64,000 nt of DNA from Macrostomum hystrix (GCA_950097015.1 CATNEN010000001.1:20584001-20648000); one strand, 5' to 3'; positions 49,740 through 63,849 are shown, counted from the first letter of the stretch. Notes: generated by a model from the letters alone, not told the origin. Program-made: numbers and translations.

Positions 49740-50373
49740 TGGAGAGAGGGTGAGAGAGCGGCGGAGAGAGGGTGAGAGAGTGGGGGAGAGAGCGTGAGAG
49801 AGTGGGGGAGAGAGGGTGAGAGAGTGGGGGAGAGAGCGTGAGAGAGTGGGGGAGAGAGTGTGAGAGAGTGGGGGAGAGGGTGAGAGAGTGGGGGAGAGAG
49901 CGTGAGAGAGTGGGGGAGAGAGGGTGAGAGAGTGGGGGAGAGAGGGTGAGAGAGTGGGGGAGAGAGCGTGAGAGAGTGGGGGAGAGAGCGTGAGAGAGTG
50001 GGGGAGAGAGGGTGAAAGAGTAATGGGGAGAGGGTGAGAGAGTGGGGGAGAGAGCGTGAGAGAGTGGGAGAGAGAGGGTGAGAGAGTGGGGGAGAGAGCG
50101 TGAGAGAGTGGGGGAGAGAGGGTGAGAGAGTGGGGGAGAGAGCGTGAGAGAGTGGGGGAGAGAGCGTGAGAGAGTGGGGGAGAGGGTGAGAGAGTGGGGG
50201 AGAGAGGGTGAGAGAGTGGGGGAGAGAGCGTGAGAGAGTGGGGGAGAGAGCGTGAGAGAGTGGGGGAGAGAGGTGAGAGTGGGGGAGAGAGGGTGAGAGA
50301 GTGGGGGAGAGAGCGTGAGAGAGTGGGGGAGAGAGGGTGAGAGAGTGGGTGAGAGAGGGTGAGAGAGTGGGGG
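49740..50373. repeat. 22-bp purine-rich minisatellite GTGAGAGAGTGGGGGAGAGAGS
   Basis: Direct reading. Confidence 0.95.
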
Positions 50374-50977
50374 AGATACGCATCGCTAGGCAGAGGGTTG
50401 TTGATATTGTTGGTATGCAATAATCAATCGATAAATCGATCAATATTGCCTAATATTCCAATAGCCTCATTTTCAAGTGCAACTTTCACTTTCTTGCAAC
50501 AAATCATAGAGATCGTAGACAGCTTGTAAAAAGCAGAAACCAGAATTTAAAGCGAGCTGCTTTTTTCTAGAATTCTAGCAGAACGCAAGGTGGCAGATAC
50601 GGCTGATAAGGTCAAAGTTTTTCACCTGCCCTCGAAATGATTGAACTGAATTATCGGGCACAGCTGTAAATGAGAGGACTCAGTTGTACAGTCTTCAATG
50701 CAGACAAACCAATTGTCAAAAAAATTATCTACAAATTTGAGTTCAGAAGTGACCACTGAGTAGGGACTGGGAAAAATGAAATCGTTGATAAAAAATATCG
50801 CTTAAGAAACTTCTTCACCGGCTTCGGTGTGCCAGATAAATCTGAATTGCGTAAGCAATATGACACTTTAAGCAGGCTAATTTAAAGCAATTCAACTGAG
50901 GCCAAAACTACTTATTTGTCAAAAGTGGCCTCAATCTTTTCGTTCCGAAATGAGCTATTCAGAGTGAAAGTCTGAGA

Positions 50978-51038
50978 CAGGGACTACTTACACTACCCTG
51001 ACAGAGACAGGGACACGGACTAGTATAAATAGTCCCTG
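50978..51038. mobile_element. 61-bp hAT-type miniature inverted-repeat element
   Basis: 18-bp TIRs CAGGGACTACTTACACTA / TAGTATAAATAGTCCCTG (16/18 match) flanked by a perfect 8-bp duplication GTCTGAGA (50970-50977, 51039-51046). Confidence 0.8.
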
Positions 51039-51055
51039 GTCTGAGATAGGACGAC

Positions 51056-54000
51056 AGGATCTGGGAGTAGACTCACTCAGTCTGAGGATCTGGGAGTAGA
51101 CCCACTCAGTCTGAGGATCTTGGAGTAGACCCACTCAGTCTGAGTATCTGGGAGTAGACTCACTCAGTCTGAGGATCTGGGAGAAGACTCACTCAGTCTG
51201 AGGATCTGGGAGTATACTCACTCAGTCTGAGGATCTGGGAGTAGACTCACTCAGTCTGAGGATCTGGGAGTAGACTCACTCAGTCTGAGGATCTGGGAGT
51301 AGACTCACTCAGTCTGAGGATCTGGGAGTAGACTCACTCAGTCTGAGGATCTGGGAGTAGACCCACTCAGTCTGAGTATCTGGGAGTAGACTCACTCAGT
51401 CTGAGTATCTGGGAGTAGACTCACTCAGTCTGAGGATCTGGGAGTAGACCCACTCAGTCTGAGGATCTGGGAGTAGACCCACTCAGTCTGAGTATCTGGG
51501 AGTAGACTCACGCAGTCTGAGTATCTGGGAGTAGACTCACTCAGTCTGAGGATCTGGGAGTAGACTCACTCAGTCTGAGGATCTGGGAGTATACTCACTC
51601 AGTCTGAGTATCTGGGAGTAGACTCACTCAGTCTGAGGATCTGGGAGTAGACTCACTCAGTCTGAGGATCTGGGAGTAGACTCACTCAGTCTGAGGATCT
51701 GGGAGTAGACCCACTCAGTCTGAGGATCTGGGAGTAGACCCACTCAGTCTGAGTATCTGGGAGTAGACTCACTCAGTCTGAGAATCTGGGAGTAGACTCA
51801 CTCAGTCTGAGGATCTGGGAGTAGACTCACTCAGTCTGAGGATCTGGGAGTAGACTCACTCAGTCTGAGGATCTGGGAGAAGACTCACTCAGTCTGACGA
51901 TCTGGGAGTATACTCACTCAGTCTGAGTATCTGGGAGTAGACTCACTCAGTCTGAGGATCTGGGAGTAGACTCACTCAGTCTGAGGATCTGGGAGTAGAC
52001 TCACTCAGTCTGAGGATCTGGGAGTAGACTCACTCAGTCTGAGGATCTGGGAGTAGACTCACTCAGTCTGAGGATCTGGGAGTAGACTCACTCAGTCTGA
52101 GGATCTGGGAGTAGACCCACTCAGTCTGAGGATCTGGGAGTAGACTCACTCAGTCTGAGGATCTGGGAGTAGACTCACTCAGTCTGAGTATCTGGGAGTA
52201 GACTCACTCAGTCTGAGGATCTGGGAGTAGACTCACTCAGTCTGAGGATCTGGGAGTAGACTCACTCAGTCTGAGGATCTGGGAGTAGACCCACTCAGTC
52301 TGAAGATCTGGGAGTAGACTCACTCAGTCTGAGGATCTGGGAGTAGACCCACTCAGTCTGAAGATCTGGGAGTAGACTCACTCAGTCTGAGGATCTGGGA
52401 GTAGACTCACTAAGTCTGAGGATCTGGGAGTAGACTCACTCAGTCTGAGGATCTGGGAGTAGACTCACTCAGTCTGAGGATCTGGGAGTAGACTCACTCA
52501 GTCTGAGGATCTGGGAGTAGACTCACTCAGTCTGAGTATCTGGGAGTAGACTCACTCAGTCTGAGGATCTGGGAGTAGACTCACTCAGTCTGAGGATCTG
52601 GGAGTAGACTCACTCAGTCTGAGGATCTGGGAGTAGACTCACTCAGTCTGAGTATCTGGGAGTAGACTCACTCAGTCTGAAGATCTGGGAGTAGACTCAC
52701 TCAGTCTGAGGATCTGGGAGTAGACTCACTCAGTCTGAGGATCTGGGAGTAGACTCACTCAGTCTGAGGATCTGGGAGTAGACTCACTCAGTCTGAGGAT
52801 CTGGGAGTAGACTCACTCAGTCTGAGTATCTGGGAGTATACTCACTCAGTCTGAGGATCTGGGAGTAGACTCACTCAGTCTGAGTATCTGGGAGTAGACT
52901 CACTCAGTCTGAGGATCTGGGAGTAGACCCACTCAGTCTGAGGATCTGGGAGAAGACTCACTCAGTCTGAGGATCTGGGAGTAGACTCACTCAGTCTGAG
53001 TATCTGGGAGTAGACTCACTCAGTCTGAGGATCTGGGAGTAGACTCACTCAGTCTGAGGATCTGGGAGTAGACTCACTCAGTCTGAGGATCTGGGAGTAG
53101 ACTCACTCAGTCTGAGGATCTGGGAGTATACTCACTCAGTCTGAGGATCTTGGAGTAGACTCAGTCAGTCTGAGGATCTGGGAGTAGACTCACTCAGTCT
53201 GAGGATCTGGGAGTAGACTCAGTCAGTCTGAGGATCTGGGAGTATACTCACTCAGTCTGAGGATCTTGGAGTAGACTCAGTCAGTCTGAGGATCTGGGAG
53301 TAGACTCACTCAGTCTGAGTATCTGGGAGTATACTCACTCAGTCTGAGGATCTGGGAGTAGACTCACTCAGTCTGAGGATCTGGGAGTAGACTCACTCAG
53401 TCTGAGGATCTGGGAGTAGACCCACTCAGTCTGAAGATCTGGGAGTAGACTCACTCAGTCTGAGGATCTGGGAGTAGACCCACTCAGTCTGAAGATCTGG
53501 GAGTAGACTCACTCAGTCTGAGGATCTGGGAGTAGACTCACTAAGTCTGAGGATCTGGGAGTAGACTCACTCAGTCTGAGGATCTGGGAGTAGACTCACT
53601 AAGTCTGAGGATCTGGGAGTAGACTCACTCAGTCTGAGGATCTGGGAGTAGACTCACTCAGTCTGAGTATCTGGGAGTAGACTCACTCAGTCTGAGGATC
53701 TGGGAGTAGACTCACTCAGTCTGAGGATCTGGGAGTAGACTCACTCAGTCTGAGGATCTGGGAGTAGACTCACTCAGTCTGAGTATCTGGGAGTATACCC
53801 ACTCAGTCTGAGGATCTGGGAGTAGACTCACTCAGTCTGAGGATCTGGGAGTAGACTCACTCAGTCTGAGGATCTGGGAGTAGACTCACTCAGTCTGAGT
53901 ATCTGGGAGTAGACTCACTCAGTCTGAGGATCTGGGAGTAGACTCACTCAGTCTGAGTATCTGGGAGTAGACTCACTCAGTCTGAGGATCTGGGAGTAGA

Positions 54001-57000
54001 CTCACTCAGTCTGAGGATCTGGGAGTAGACTCACTCAGTCTGAGGATCTGGGAGTAGACTCACTCAGTCTGAGGATCTGGGAGTATACTCACTCAGTCTG
54101 AGGATCTTGGAGTAGACTCAGTCAGTCTGAGGATCTGGGAGTAGACTCACTCAGTCTGAGGATCTGGGAGTAGACTCAGTCAGTCTGAGGATCTGGGAGT
54201 ATACTCACTCAGTCTGAGGATCTTGGAGTAGACTCAGTCAGTCTGAGGATCTGGGAGTAGACTCACTCAGTCTGAGGATCTGGGAGTAGACTCACTCAGT
54301 CTGAGGATCTGGGAGTAGACTCACTCAGTCTGAGGATCTGGGAGTAGACTCACTCAGTCTGAGGATCTGGGAGTAGACTCACTCAGTCTGAGGATCTGGG
54401 AGTAGACTCACTCAGTCTGAGGATCTGGGAGTAGACCCACTCAGTCTGAGTATCTGGGAGTAGACTCACTCAGTCTGAGTATCTGGGAGTAGACTCACTC
54501 AGTCTGAGGATCTGGGAGTAGACCCACTCAGTCTGAGGATCTGGGAGTAGACCCACTCAGTCTGAGTATCTGGGAGTATACTCACTCAGTCTGAGGATCT
54601 GGGAGTAGACTCACTCAGTCTGAGGATCTGGGAGTAGACTCACTCAGTCTGAGGATCTGGGAGTAGACTCACTCAGTCTGAGGATCTGGGAGTAGACTCA
54701 CTCAGTCTGAGGATCTGGGAGTAGACCCACTCAGTCTGAGTATCTGGGAGTAGACTCACTCAGTCTGAGTATCTGGGAGTAGACTCACTCAGTCTGAGGA
54801 TCTGGGAGTAGACCCACTCAGTCTGAGGATCTGGGAGTAGACCCACTCAGTCTGAGTATCTGGGAGTAGACTCACGCAGTCTGAGTATCTGGGAGTAGAC
54901 TCACTCAGTCTGAGGATCTGGGAGTAGACTCACTCAGTCTGAGGATCTGGGAGTATACTCACTCAGTCTGAGTATCTGGGAGTAGACTCACTCAGTCTGA
55001 GGATCTGGGAGTAGACTCACTCAGTCTGAGGATCTGGGAGTAGACTCACTCAGTCTGAGGATCTGGGAGTAGACCCACTCAGTCTGAGGATCTGGGAGTA
55101 GACCCACTCAGTCTGAGTATCTGGGAGTAGACTCACTCAGTCTGAGGATCTGGGAGTAGACTCACTCAGTCTGAGGATCTGGGAGTAGACTCACTCAGTC
55201 TGAGGATCTGGGAGTAGACCCACTCAGTCTGAAGATCTGGGAGTAGACTCACTCAGTCTGAGGATCTGGGAGTAGACCCACTCAGTCTGAAGATCTGGGA
55301 GTAGACTCACTCAGTCTGAGGATCTGGGAGTAGACTCACTAAGTCTGAGGATCTGGGAGTAGACTCACTCAGTCTGAGGATCTGGGAGTAGACTCACTCA
55401 GTCTGAGGATCTGGGAGTAGACTCACTCAGTCTGAGGATCTGGGAGTAGACTCACTCAGTCTGAGTATCTGGGAGTAGACTCACTCAGTCTGAGGATCTG
55501 GGAGTAGACTCACTCAGTCTGAGGATCTGGGAGTAGACTCACTCAGTCTGAGGATCTGGGAGTAGACTCACTCAGTCTGAGTATCTGGGAGTAGACTCAC
55601 TCAGTCTGAAGATCTGGGAGTAGACTCACTCAGTCTGAGGATCTGGGAGTAGACTCACTCAGTCTGAGGATCTGGGAGTAGACTCACTCAGTCTGAGGAT
55701 CTGGGAGTAGACTCACTCAGTCTGAGGATCTGGGAGTAGACTCACTCAGTCTGAGTATCTGGGAGTATACTCACTCAGTCTGAGGATCTGGGAGTAGACT
55801 CACTCAGTCTGAGTATCTGGGAGTAGACTCACTCAGTCTGAGGATCTGGGAGTAGACCCACTCAGTCTGAGGATCTGGGAGAAGACTCACTCAGTCTGAG
55901 GATCTGGGAGTAGACTCACTCAGTCTGAGTATCTGGGAGTAGACTCACTCAGTCTGAGGATCTGGGAGTAGACTCACTCAGTCTGAGGATCTGGGAGTAG
56001 ACTCACTCAGTCTGAGGATCTGGGAGTAGACTCACTCAGTCTGAGGATCTGGGAGTATACTCACTCAGTCTGAGGATCTTGGAGTAGACTCAGTCAGTCT
56101 GAGGATCTGGGAGTAGACTCACTCAGTCTGAGGATCTGGGAGTAGACTCAGTCAGTCTGAGGATCTGGGAGTATACTCACTCAGTCTGAGGATCTTGGAG
56201 TAGACTCAGTCAGTCTGAGGATCTGGGAGTAGACTCACTCAGTCTGAGTATCTGGGAGTATACTCACTCAGTCTGAGGATCTGGGAGTAGACTCACTCAG
56301 TCTGAGGATCTGGGAGTAGACTCACTCAGTCTGAGGATCTGGGAGTAGACCCACTCAGTCTGAAGATCTGGGAGTAGACTCACTCAGTCTGAGGATCTGG
56401 GAGTAGACCCACTCAGTCTGAAGATCTGGGAGTAGACTCACTCAGTCTGAGGATCTGGGAGTAGACTCACTAAGTCTGAGGATCTGGGAGTAGACTCACT
56501 CAGTCTGAGGATCTGGGAGTAGACTCACTAAGTCTGAGGATCTGGGAGTAGACTCACTCAGTCTGAGGATCTGGGAGTAGACTCACTCAGTCTGAGTATC
56601 TGGGAGTAGACTCACTCAGTCTGAGGATCTGGGAGTAGACTCACTCAGTCTGAGGATCTGGGAGTAGACTCACTCAGTCTGAGGATCTGGGAGTAGACTC
56701 ACTCAGTCTGAGTATCTGGGAGTATACCCACTCAGTCTGAGGATCTGGGAGTAGACTCACTCAGTCTGAGGATCTGGGAGTAGACTCACTCAGTCTGAGG
56801 ATCTGGGAGTAGACTCACTCAGTCTGAGTATCTGGGAGTAGACTCACTCAGTCTGAGGATCTGGGAGTAGACTCACTCAGTCTGAGTATCTGGGAGTAGA
56901 CTCACTCAGTCTGAGGATCTGGGAGTAGACTCACTCAGTCTGAGGATCTGGGAGTAGACTCACTCAGTCTGAGGATCTGGGAGTAGACTCACTCAGTCTG

Positions 57001-60000
57001 AGGATCTGGGAGTATACTCACTCAGTCTGAGGATCTTGGAGTAGACTCAGTCAGTCTGAGGATCTGGGAGTAGACTCACTCAGTCTGAGGATCTGGGAGT
57101 AGACTCAGTCAGTCTGAGGATCTGGGAGTATACTCACTCAGTCTGAGGATCTTGGAGTAGACTCAGTCAGTCTGAGGATCTGGGAGTAGACTCACTCAGT
57201 CTGAGGATCTGGGAGTAGACTCACTCAGTCTGAGGATCTGGGAGTAGACTCACTCAGTCTGAGGATCTGGGAGTAGACTCACTCAGTCTGAGGATCTGGG
57301 AGTAGACTCACTCAGTCTGAGGATCTGGGAGTAGACTCACTCAGTCTGAGGATCTGGGAGTAGACCCACTCAGTCTGAGTATCTGGGAGTAGACTCACTC
57401 AGTCTGAGTATCTGGGAGTAGACTCACTCAGTCTGAGGATCTGGGAGTAGACCCACTCAGTCTGAGGATCTGGGAGTAGACCCACTCAGTCTGAGTATCT
57501 GGGAGTATACTCACTCAGTCTGAGGATCTGGGAGTAGACTCACTCAGTCTGAGGATCTGGGAGTAGACTCACTCAGTCTGAGGATCTGGGAGTAGACTCA
57601 CTCAGTCTGAGGATCTGGGAGTAGACTCACTCAGTCTGAGGATCTGGGAGTAGACCCACTCAGTCTGAGTATCTGGGAGTAGACTCACTCAGTCTGAGTA
57701 TCTGGGAGTAGACTCACTCAGTCTGAGGATCTGGGAGTAGACCCACTCAGTCTGAGGATCTGGGAGTAGACCCACTCAGTCTGAGTATCTGGGAGTAGAC
57801 TCACGCAGTCTGAGTATCTGGGAGTAGACTCACTCAGTCTGAGGATCTGGGAGTAGACTCACTCAGTCTGAGGATCTGGGAGTATACTCACTCAGTCTGA
57901 GTATCTGGGAGTAGACTCACTCAGTCTGAGGATCTGGGAGTAGACTCACTCAGTCTGAGGATCTGGGAGTAGACTCACTCAGTCTGAGGATCTGGGAGTA
58001 GACCCACTCAGTCTGAGGATCTGGGAGTAGACCCACTCAGTCTGAGTATCTGGGAGTAGACTCACTCAGTCTGAGAATCTGGGAGTAGACTCACTCAGTC
58101 TGAGGATCTGGGAGTAGACTCACTCAGTCTGAGGATCTGGGAGTAGACTCACTCAGTCTGAGGATCTGGGAGAAGACTCACTCAGTCTGACGATCTGGGA
58201 GTATACTCACTCAGTCTGAGTATCTGGGAGTAGACTCACTCAGTCTGAGGATCTGGGAGTAGACTCACTCAGTCTGAGGATCTGGGAGTAGACTCACTCA
58301 GTCTGAGGATCTGGGAGTAGACTCACTCAGTCTGAGGATCTGGGAGTAGACTCACTCAGTCTGAGGATCTGGGAGTAGACTCACTCAGTCTGAGGATCTG
58401 GGAGTAGACCCACTCAGTCTGAGGATCTGGGAGTAGACTCACTCAGTCTGAGGATCTGGGAGTAGACTCACTCAGTCTGAGTATCTGGGAGTAGACTCAC
58501 TCAGTCTGAGGATCTGGGAGTAGACTCACTCAGTCTGAGGATCTGGGAGTAGACTCACTCAGTCTGAGGATCTGGGAGTAGACCCACTCAGTCTGAAGAT
58601 CTGGGAGTAGACTCACTCAGTCTGAGGATCTGGGAGTAGACCCACTCAGTCTGAAGATCTGGGAGTAGACTCACTCAGTCTGAGGATCTGGGAGTAGACT
58701 CACTAAGTCTGAGGATCTGGGAGTAGACTCACTCAGTCTGAGGATCTGGGAGTAGACTCACTCAGTCTGAGGATCTGGGAGTAGACTCACTCAGTCTGAG
58801 GATCTGGGAGTAGACTCACTCAGTCTGAGTATCTGGGAGTAGACTCACTCAGTCTGAGGATCTGGGAGTAGACTCACTCAGTCTGAGGATCTGGGAGTAG
58901 ACTCACTCAGTCTGAGGATCTGGGAGTAGACTCACTCAGTCTGAGTATCTGGGAGTAGACTCACTCAGTCTGAAGATCTGGGAGTAGACTCACTCAGTCT
59001 GAGGATCTGGGAGTAGACTCACTCAGTCTGAGGATCTGGGAGTAGACTCACTCAGTCTGAGGATCTGGGAGTAGACTCACTCAGTCTGAGGATCTGGGAG
59101 TAGACTCACTCAGTCTGAGTATCTGGGAGTATACTCACTCAGTCTGAGGATCTGGGAGTAGACTCACTCAGTCTGAGTATCTGGGAGTAGACTCACTCAG
59201 TCTGAGGATCTGGGAGTAGACCCACTCAGTCTGAGGATCTGGGAGAAGACTCACTCAGTCTGAGGATCTGGGAGTAGACTCACTCAGTCTGAGTATCTGG
59301 GAGTAGACTCACTCAGTCTGAGGATCTGGGAGTAGACTCACTCAGTCTGAGGATCTGGGAGTAGACTCACTCAGTCTGAGGATCTGGGAGTAGACTCACT
59401 CAGTCTGAGGATCTGGGAGTATACTCACTCAGTCTGAGGATCTTGGAGTAGACTCAGTCAGTCTGAGGATCTGGGAGTAGACTCACTCAGTCTGAGGATC
59501 TGGGAGTAGACTCAGTCAGTCTGAGGATCTGGGAGTATACTCACTCAGTCTGAGGATCTTGGAGTAGACTCAGTCAGTCTGAGGATCTGGGAGTAGACTC
59601 ACTCAGTCTGAGTATCTGGGAGTATACTCACTCAGTCTGAGGATCTGGGAGTAGACTCACTCAGTCTGAGGATCTGGGAGTAGACTCACTCAGTCTGAGG
59701 ATCTGGGAGTAGACCCACTCAGTCTGAAGATCTGGGAGTAGACTCACTCAGTCTGAGGATCTGGGAGTAGACCCACTCAGTCTGAAGATCTGGGAGTAGA
59801 CTCACTCAGTCTGAGGATCTGGGAGTAGACTCACTAAGTCTGAGGATCTGGGAGTAGACTCACTCAGTCTGAGGATCTGGGAGTAGACTCACTAAGTCTG
59901 AGGATCTGGGAGTAGACTCACTCAGTCTGAGGATCTGGGAGTAGACTCACTCAGTCTGAGTATCTGGGAGTAGACTCACTCAGTCTGAGGATCTGGGAGT

Positions 60001-62606
60001 AGACTCACTCAGTCTGAGGATCTGGGAGTAGACTCACTCAGTCTGAGGATCTGGGAGTAGACTCACTCAGTCTGAGTATCTGGGAGTATACCCACTCAGT
60101 CTGAGGATCTGGGAGTAGACTCACTCAGTCTGAGGATCTGGGAGTAGACTCACTCAGTCTGAGGATCTGGGAGTAGACTCACTCAGTCTGAGTATCTGGG
60201 AGTAGACTCACTCAGTCTGAGGATCTGGGAGTAGACTCACTCAGTCTGAGTATCTGGGAGTAGACTCACTCAGTCTGAGGATCTGGGAGTAGACTCACTC
60301 AGTCTGAGGATCTGGGAGTAGACTCACTCAGTCTGAGGATCTGGGAGTAGACTCACTCAGTCTGAGGATCTGGGAGTATACTCACTCAGTCTGAGGATCT
60401 TGGAGTAGACTCAGTCAGTCTGAGGATCTGGGAGTAGACTCACTCAGTCTGAGGATCTGGGAGTAGACTCAGTCAGTCTGAGGATCTGGGAGTATACTCA
60501 CTCAGTCTGAGGATCTTGGAGTAGACTCAGTCAGTCTGAGGATCTGGGAGTAGACTCACTCAGTCTGAGGATCTGGGAGTAGACTCACTCAGTCTGAGGA
60601 TCTGGGAGTAGACTCACTCAGTCTGAGGATCTGGGAGTAGACTCACTCAGTCTGAGGATCTGGGAGTAGACTCACTCAGTCTGAGGATCTGGGAGTAGAC
60701 TCACTCAGTCTGAGGATCTGGGAGTAGACTCACTCAGTCTGAGTATCTAGGAGTAGACTCACTCAGTCTGAGGATCTGGGAGTAGACTCACTCAGTCTGA
60801 GGATCTGGGAGTAGACCCACTCAGTCTGAGGATCTGGGAGTAGACTCACTCAGTCTGAGTATCTGGGAGTATACTCACTCAGTCTGAGGATCTGGGAGTA
60901 GACTCACTCAGTCTGAGGATCTGGGAGTAGACTCACTCAGTCTGAGGATCTGGGAGTAGACCCACTCAGTCTGAAGATCTGGGAGTAGACTCACTCAGTC
61001 TGAGGATCTGGGAGTAGACCCACTCAGTCTGAAGATCTGGGAGTAGACTCACTCAGTCTGAGGATCTGGGAGTAGACTCACTAAGTCTGAGGATCTGGGA
61101 GTATACTCACTCAGTCTGAGTATCTGGGAGTAGACTCACTCAGTCTGAGTATCTGGGAGTAGACCCACTCAGTCTGAGGATCTGGGAGTAGACTCACTCA
61201 GTCTGAGGATCTGGGAGTAGACTCACTCAGTCTGAGGATCTGGGAGTAGACTCACTCAGTCTGAGTATCTGGGAGTATACTCACTCAGTCTGAGGATCTG
61301 GGAGTAGACTCACTCAGTCTGAGGATCTGGGAGTAGACTCACTCAGTCTGAGGATCTGGGAGTAGACCCACTCAGTCTGAGGATCTGGGAGAAGACTCAC
61401 TCAGTCTGAGGATCTGGGAGTAGACTCACTCAGTCTGAGGATCTGGGAGTAGACTCACTAAGTCTGAGGATCTGGGAGTAGACTCACTCAGTCTGAGGAT
61501 CTGGGAGTAGACTCACTAAGTCTGAGGATCTGGGAGTATACTCACTCAGTCTGAGGATCTTGGAGTAGACTCAGTCAGTCTGAGGATCTGGGAGTAGACT
61601 CACTCAGTCTGAGGATCTGGGAGTAGACTCAGTCAGTCTGAGGATCTGGGAGTAGACTCACTCAGTCTGAGGATCTGGGAGTAGACTCACTCAGTCTGAG
61701 TATCTGGGAGTATACTCACTCAGTCTGAGGATCTGGGAGTAGACTCACTCAGTCTGAAGATCTGGGAGTAGACTCACTCAGTCTGAGGATCTGGGAGTAG
61801 GCCCACTCAGTCTGAGGATCTGGGAGTAGACTCACTCAGTCTGAGGATCTGGGAGTAGACTCACTCAGTCTGAGGATCTGGGAGTAGACCCACTCAGTCT
61901 GAGGATCTGGGAGAAGACTCACTCAGTCTGAGGATCTGGGAGTAGACTCACTCAGTCTGAGGATCTGGGAGTAGACTCACTCAGTCTGAGGATCTGGGAG
62001 TAGACTCACTCAGTCTGAGGATCTGGGAGTAGACTCACTAAGTCTGAGGATTTGGGAGTAGACTCACTCAGTCTGAGGATCTGGGAGTAGACTCACTAAG
62101 TCTGAGGATCTGGGAGTAGACTCACTCAGTCTGAGGATCTGGGAGTAGACTCACTCAGTCTGAGTATCTGGGAGTAGACTCACTCAGTCTGAGGATCTGG
62201 GAGTAGACTCACTCAGTCTGAGGATCTGGGAGTAGACTCACTCAGTCTGAGGATCTGGGAGTAGACTCACTCAGTCTGAGGATCTGGGAGTAGACTCACT
62301 CAGTCTGAGGATCTGGGAGTATACTCACTCAGTCTGAGGATCTTGGAGTAGACTCAGTCAGTCTGAGGATCTGGGAGTAGACTCACTCAGTCTGAGGATC
62401 TGGGAGTAGACTCAGTCAGTCTGAGGATCTGGGAGTATACTCACTCAGTCTGAGGATCTTGGAGTAGACTCAGTCAGTCTGAGGATCTGGGAGTAGACTC
62501 ACTCAGTCTGAGTATCTGGGAGTATACTCACTCAGTCTGAGGATCTGGGAGTAGACTCACTCAGTCTGAGGATCTGGGAGTAGACTCAGTCAGTCTGAGG
62601 ATCTGG
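51056..62606. repeat. 29-bp satellite GGATCTGGGAGTAGACTCACTCAGTCTGA, about 398 copies, with higher-order periodicity
   Basis: Direct reading; length-invariant units, no spacers, no ORFs. Confidence 0.98.
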
Positions 62607-63032
62607 AATGTGCAGAACTGCCTCCTCGCTGGCTGTGGGTCCAGTTAAACTGCATTTACTGTAAAGTAGATCTCAGATAGCGGATTCAGAAAGCTGTGAA
62701 AACACAGTAGCCAAGTTAATTAATTATTAAAATGTTTCAGACAGTATAAAATGTGAAATGTTGGATTTATATTTAGCATTTTGCAGACAGAAAACCAATC
62801 AATTGACCATCGGGATATCAGAAGTTGTTTAAATAATTTCACGAAAAAGAAGTATTACAATTTATAAAGATTGAAGAGATAAAAAAATTAAAACTGTACT
62901 TGAAATGACTTATGAAACAGATTTACAATTTGTTTGTCAGAATCAGCAAAATCAGTGTTTTTTCAGCCTCATTAAGTGATGGATAGGAAATGGAGTTTAG
63001 TTTTGTTGATCAAACAGCACCAGAATCGGATT

Positions 63033-63800
63033 TCAGATGCCAGTGTTCTCAACCTGAGGCAGGATTTTCTCAGCGGGCATGAGACGACTCCAGCGGAGCA
63101 CAGTAGGCTCACTGTCAACACTCTTGGCCTGGGCTAGTCCCACCCGATTGTTGCCCAAGTCGAACTCCGTGTAGAACTTGCCGATGAACACGTCGCCAAG
63201 GATCCACAGCGGGCCAGCAGGCGGCGGAATGTCCAGGCCCATGAAACCGGACAGGCAGATGGTCTGGCCCATCTGACTCACCTAGGTACCGGATCCAGCA
63301 GGGATTTGGCATTTTTAGTCTAAACTCAATGTATGGGGTGGATTTCATAAATAATTACAAGAGAAAAAAATTATTAAAAAACCGAAAAACCAGCCTTTCA
63401 AATTTATTTCTAAGAAAACGCAGTTTTCCGTCCCTCTACTCCCAGTGGTTCTCGCATCACTATTGTTAAAAATCGCTGGCAAAATTGAGAGTTAAGTTTT
63501 CACACACGGTTGAGATTCTGTTATTTTGAGTAGAGATTGAGGAATCAAGGATCTGGGAATTACCTGAAGCACGTAGTCCTTGCCAGTGAGTGTGAAGTTG
63601 TTGCCACCTAGGGTGAAGGTGATGGTTGGCAGGGTTGGGATCTTGGCGCAATCCACAGTGTACTCGCCGGCCACAATTGGGGTGGCACCAATGAGCTGCT
63701 GCAGTTTGGTGATCTCCACCTTGGGCCCGACAATCAGCGAGGTGCCGGTGTCGGCGATGGCCTGGCAGCCGCCTGAGCAGAAGGAGCCACTCGAACCCAC
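63033..63800 (-). CDS. CTSD: Cathepsin D-like aspartic protease, last two exons 63800-63564 and 63281-63033 (gene continues beyond window)
   Basis: Second catalytic motif [55 protein letters not shown]; phase-0 GT-AG intron. Confidence 0.95.
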
Positions 63801-63849
63801 CTGGGCGCGGAAGTTTTGGGGATTTCAGGTGATGAATCTTCAGGGCCTC

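Noticed and set aside
51056-62606. CRISPR array (29-bp and 26-bp palindromic repeats)
   Set aside because: Units are head-to-tail with no unique spacers, there are no cas genes, and the context is eukaryotic.
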